A stretch of DNA of 64,000 bases from Podarcis liolepis (Eukaryota). The first letter of the stretch is position 1, and every line of letters starts with the position of its first letter. The DNA lies in NCBI GenBank assembly GCA_965112155.1, contig OZ218109.1; one strand, 5' to 3'. Shown here in pieces: positions 63,567-64,000 of this stretch. Below the pieces are notes generated by a model, which did no database searches, was not told where the DNA came from, and saw only the letters and a program-made list of their open reading frames with translations. The position numbers and the translations under genes are program-made.

Positions 63567-63919
63567 GTAAAGGTAAAGGTACCCCTGCCCGAAGGCCAGT
63601 CGTGTCCGACTCTAGGGTTGTGCGCTCATCTCACTCTAGAGGCCGGGAGCCGGCGCTGTCCGAGGACACTTCCGGGTCACGTGGCGAGCGTGACGAAGCT
63701 GCTCTGGCGAGCCTGCACCAGCGCAGCACACGGAAACGCCGTTTACCTTCCCGCTATAAAGCGGTACCTATTTATCTACTTGCACTTAAGGGTGCTTTCG
63801 AACTGCTAGGTGGGCAGGAGCTGGGACCGAACGATGGGAGCTCACCCTGCCGCGGGGATTCGAACCGCCGGCCATACGATCGGCAAGTCCTAGGCACTGC
63901 GGTTTTACCCACAGCACCA
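63567..63919 (-). mobile_element. Sauria SINE, divergent CpG-rich subfamily
   Basis: GTAAAGGTAAAGG tail and reverse B box GGATTCGAACC; body differs from the other copies. Confidence 0.85.
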
Positions 63920-64000
63920 TGAGTAACAAGTAAAGGAGGAATGGTTAAGACCAAAGGGGTTTGGGGCCATTGCACTGGAGTACCTCTGCTACCTGTTTTT

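Noticed and set aside
37400-64000. Exons of the next syntenic gene (WIPF3 in mammals)
   Set aside because: No WH2 or proline-rich exon and no matching CpG-island promoter found. The proline-rich ORFs near 50.4-50.7 kb come from low-complexity DNA next to an L2 element.

Overview
Vertebrate genomic DNA, most likely a squamate and probably a lacertid lizard (inferred from Sauria/Squam1 SINEs, BovB, L2 and hAT/Tc1-mariner MITEs). Two protein-coding genes lie on the + strand. (1) The last six coding exons of CHN2 (beta-chimaerin; C1 and RhoGAP domains) at 10097-23049, with GT-AG junctions and a continuous reading frame. (2) PRR15, with one coding exon (CDS 35823-36206) and a probable CpG-island promoter/non-coding first exon at about 27.9-28.4 kb. 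CHN2 followed by PRR15 is the gene order known from mammals. The rest is intron or intergenic DNA rich in transposons, and most ORFs in the supplied track are spurious. The best candidate for something undescribed is a 1.44-kb non-autonomous Buster-type hAT element in a CHN2 intron (7943-9382; perfect 15-bp TIRs, perfect 8-bp TSD). It appears to carry a captured CpG-island promoter, first exon and intron start from another gene (Pack-TIR-like), antisense to CHN2. A sister element 3 kb away has the same ends but an unrelated, hairpin-rich interior. Also notable: a 2.2-kb TSD-flanked, RT-less L1-type retroelement with one ORF (HAL1-like), two different MITEs in the same 8-bp target site, and a dense E2-box cluster at the PRR15 promoter. 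All calls were made by eye; no database searches were run.
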